IMG/VR virus record: IMGVR_UViG_3300005611_000001
Reading direction: 5' to 3' (one strand)
Source of the DNA: a virus
Taxonomy: Duplodnaviria > Caudoviricetes
Length of the DNA: 64,000 nucleotides
Shown here: positions 63,274-64,000 of the stretch, in pieces
How positions within the stretch are numbered: position 1 is the stretch's first letter
How the letters are laid out: each line of letters opens with the position of its first letter
Position numbers and translations under genes: made by a program
Notes under the pieces: generated by a model
What the model was told of the DNA's origin: nothing
What the model saw: the letters and a program-made list of their open reading frames with translations, nothing else
The model's database searches: none

Positions 63274-64000
63274 AATTCATCCCACTGCAAAAATTGCAGA
63301 TGATGTAGTCATTGAGTGTGATGTCTTTGAACTAGGCGCTCATAGCTACATTGGTCCTGGTTGTAAAATTACATGTAAAGAATTTCGTGCAGGCGACTAT
63401 CTGTGGATGCCTGCAAACGTTGACGTTGGGCGTGGTGGCTGTACTGGTCCAAACTCAATCGTCCAAATCGGTAATAGCGTAGGCATCTTCGAAGGCTGTG
63501 TAATCAATCCTAGCGAAAGCGTCACTATTGGCTCAAACGTAGGTATTGGTGCAGAGTGTTTAATCTGGACTCATGGCGCGTGGCTAGATCCTCTACAAGG
63601 ATTTCCCTTTGCATTCGATGATGTGTCTATAGGTGATAATGTGTGGTTGCCTGCCAGATCAATTATGCTCCCGGGTACAAGTATTGGCAGTAATTGTGTA
63701 ATTGGAACAGGTTCTATTATTACGAAAGACATACCTGATGGCTCTCTTGCAATGGGTTCGCCGTGCAAAGTCATCAAAGAAAATGCTTATCCTATCGAAA
63801 GAACACAAGAAGAAAAAGATCAGATTCTACAAAAAATTGTTGACAAGTGGAATTATGATCTGCTGTCTCATAAAGGTTACGAACCAGTGCCTGCGTTTGT
63901 TGAAGACGGAAAAATATTTGTCGAAGCAGCTATACTAAATACGAACACATACACGGTCGAGGGCGAAGATTCGCTTTTAAGTGAAGACCTTAGGGATTAT
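63248..64000 (+). CDS. Hexapeptide-repeat (LbH) acyltransferase, 3'-truncated by window edge (not in ORF track)
   Basis: Hand translation: IHPTAKIADD, VTIGSNVGIG, IWTHG, VSIGDNVWL, IGSNCVIGTGSIITKDIP; open to the end. Confidence 0.85.
   Translation, partial: MVLRSNKLKIHPTAKIADDVVIECDVFELGAHSYIGPGCKITCKEFRAGDYLWMPANVDVGRGGCTGPNSIVQIGNSVGIFEGCVINPSESVTIGSNVGIGAECLIWTHGAWLDPLQGFPFAFDDVSIGDNVWLPARSIMLPGTSIGSNCVIGTGSIITKDIPDGSLAMGSPCKVIKENAYPIERTQEEKDQILQKIVDKWNYDLLSHKGYEPVPAFVEDGKIFVEAAILNTNTYTVEGEDSLLSEDLRDY

Noticed and set aside
1-64000. Stop-codon reassignment
   Set aside because: Standard-code ORFs tile the window densely, and core genes end normally on TAA, TGA and TAG (e.g. gp41 on TAG)

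Overview
64 kb of a lytic T4-like (Tevenvirinae/Kyanoviridae-related) dsDNA myophage, probably aquatic and uncultured, almost entirely on the + strand. 1-16.4 kb: T4 core recombination/replication block (gp47 partial, gp46, gp45, gp44, gp62, regA, hsp20, gp43, uvsX, gp41), repeatedly interrupted by visibly AT-rich modifying-enzyme genes. 16.4-31.8 kb: accessory genes (peroxiredoxin, MazG, UDP-glucose dehydrogenase, 2OG-Fe(II) oxygenases, a stand-alone HemA-dimerisation-like domain, PlcP/LpxH-like phosphoesterase + GT2, dCMP deaminase, nucleases, DUF262-HNH, DUF932). This part also holds a ~700-nt non-coding island with several compact RNA folds and a circularly permuted two-piece tmRNA (tag ANDDVYTEDFALAA). 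31.9-35.3 kb: a late-promoter operon of exported proteins resembling a pilin/chaperone/pore fibre system. 35.3-39.3 kb: small early genes, including an HD alarmone-hydrolase-like gene and YbaN. 39.4-50.4 kb: late genes, many starting with a T4 capsid-targeting-like peptide, then spanins. 50.4-58.3 kb: nrdA with fused glutaredoxin, nrdB, GIY-YIG, P-loop kinase, phoH, lysozyme. 58.3-64 kb: glycosyltransferase/radical SAM/methyltransferase/acyltransferase cluster running off the window. All assignments are from motif reading by eye; no database searches or folding programs were run. No tRNA genes, CRISPR arrays, introns or inteins were seen.
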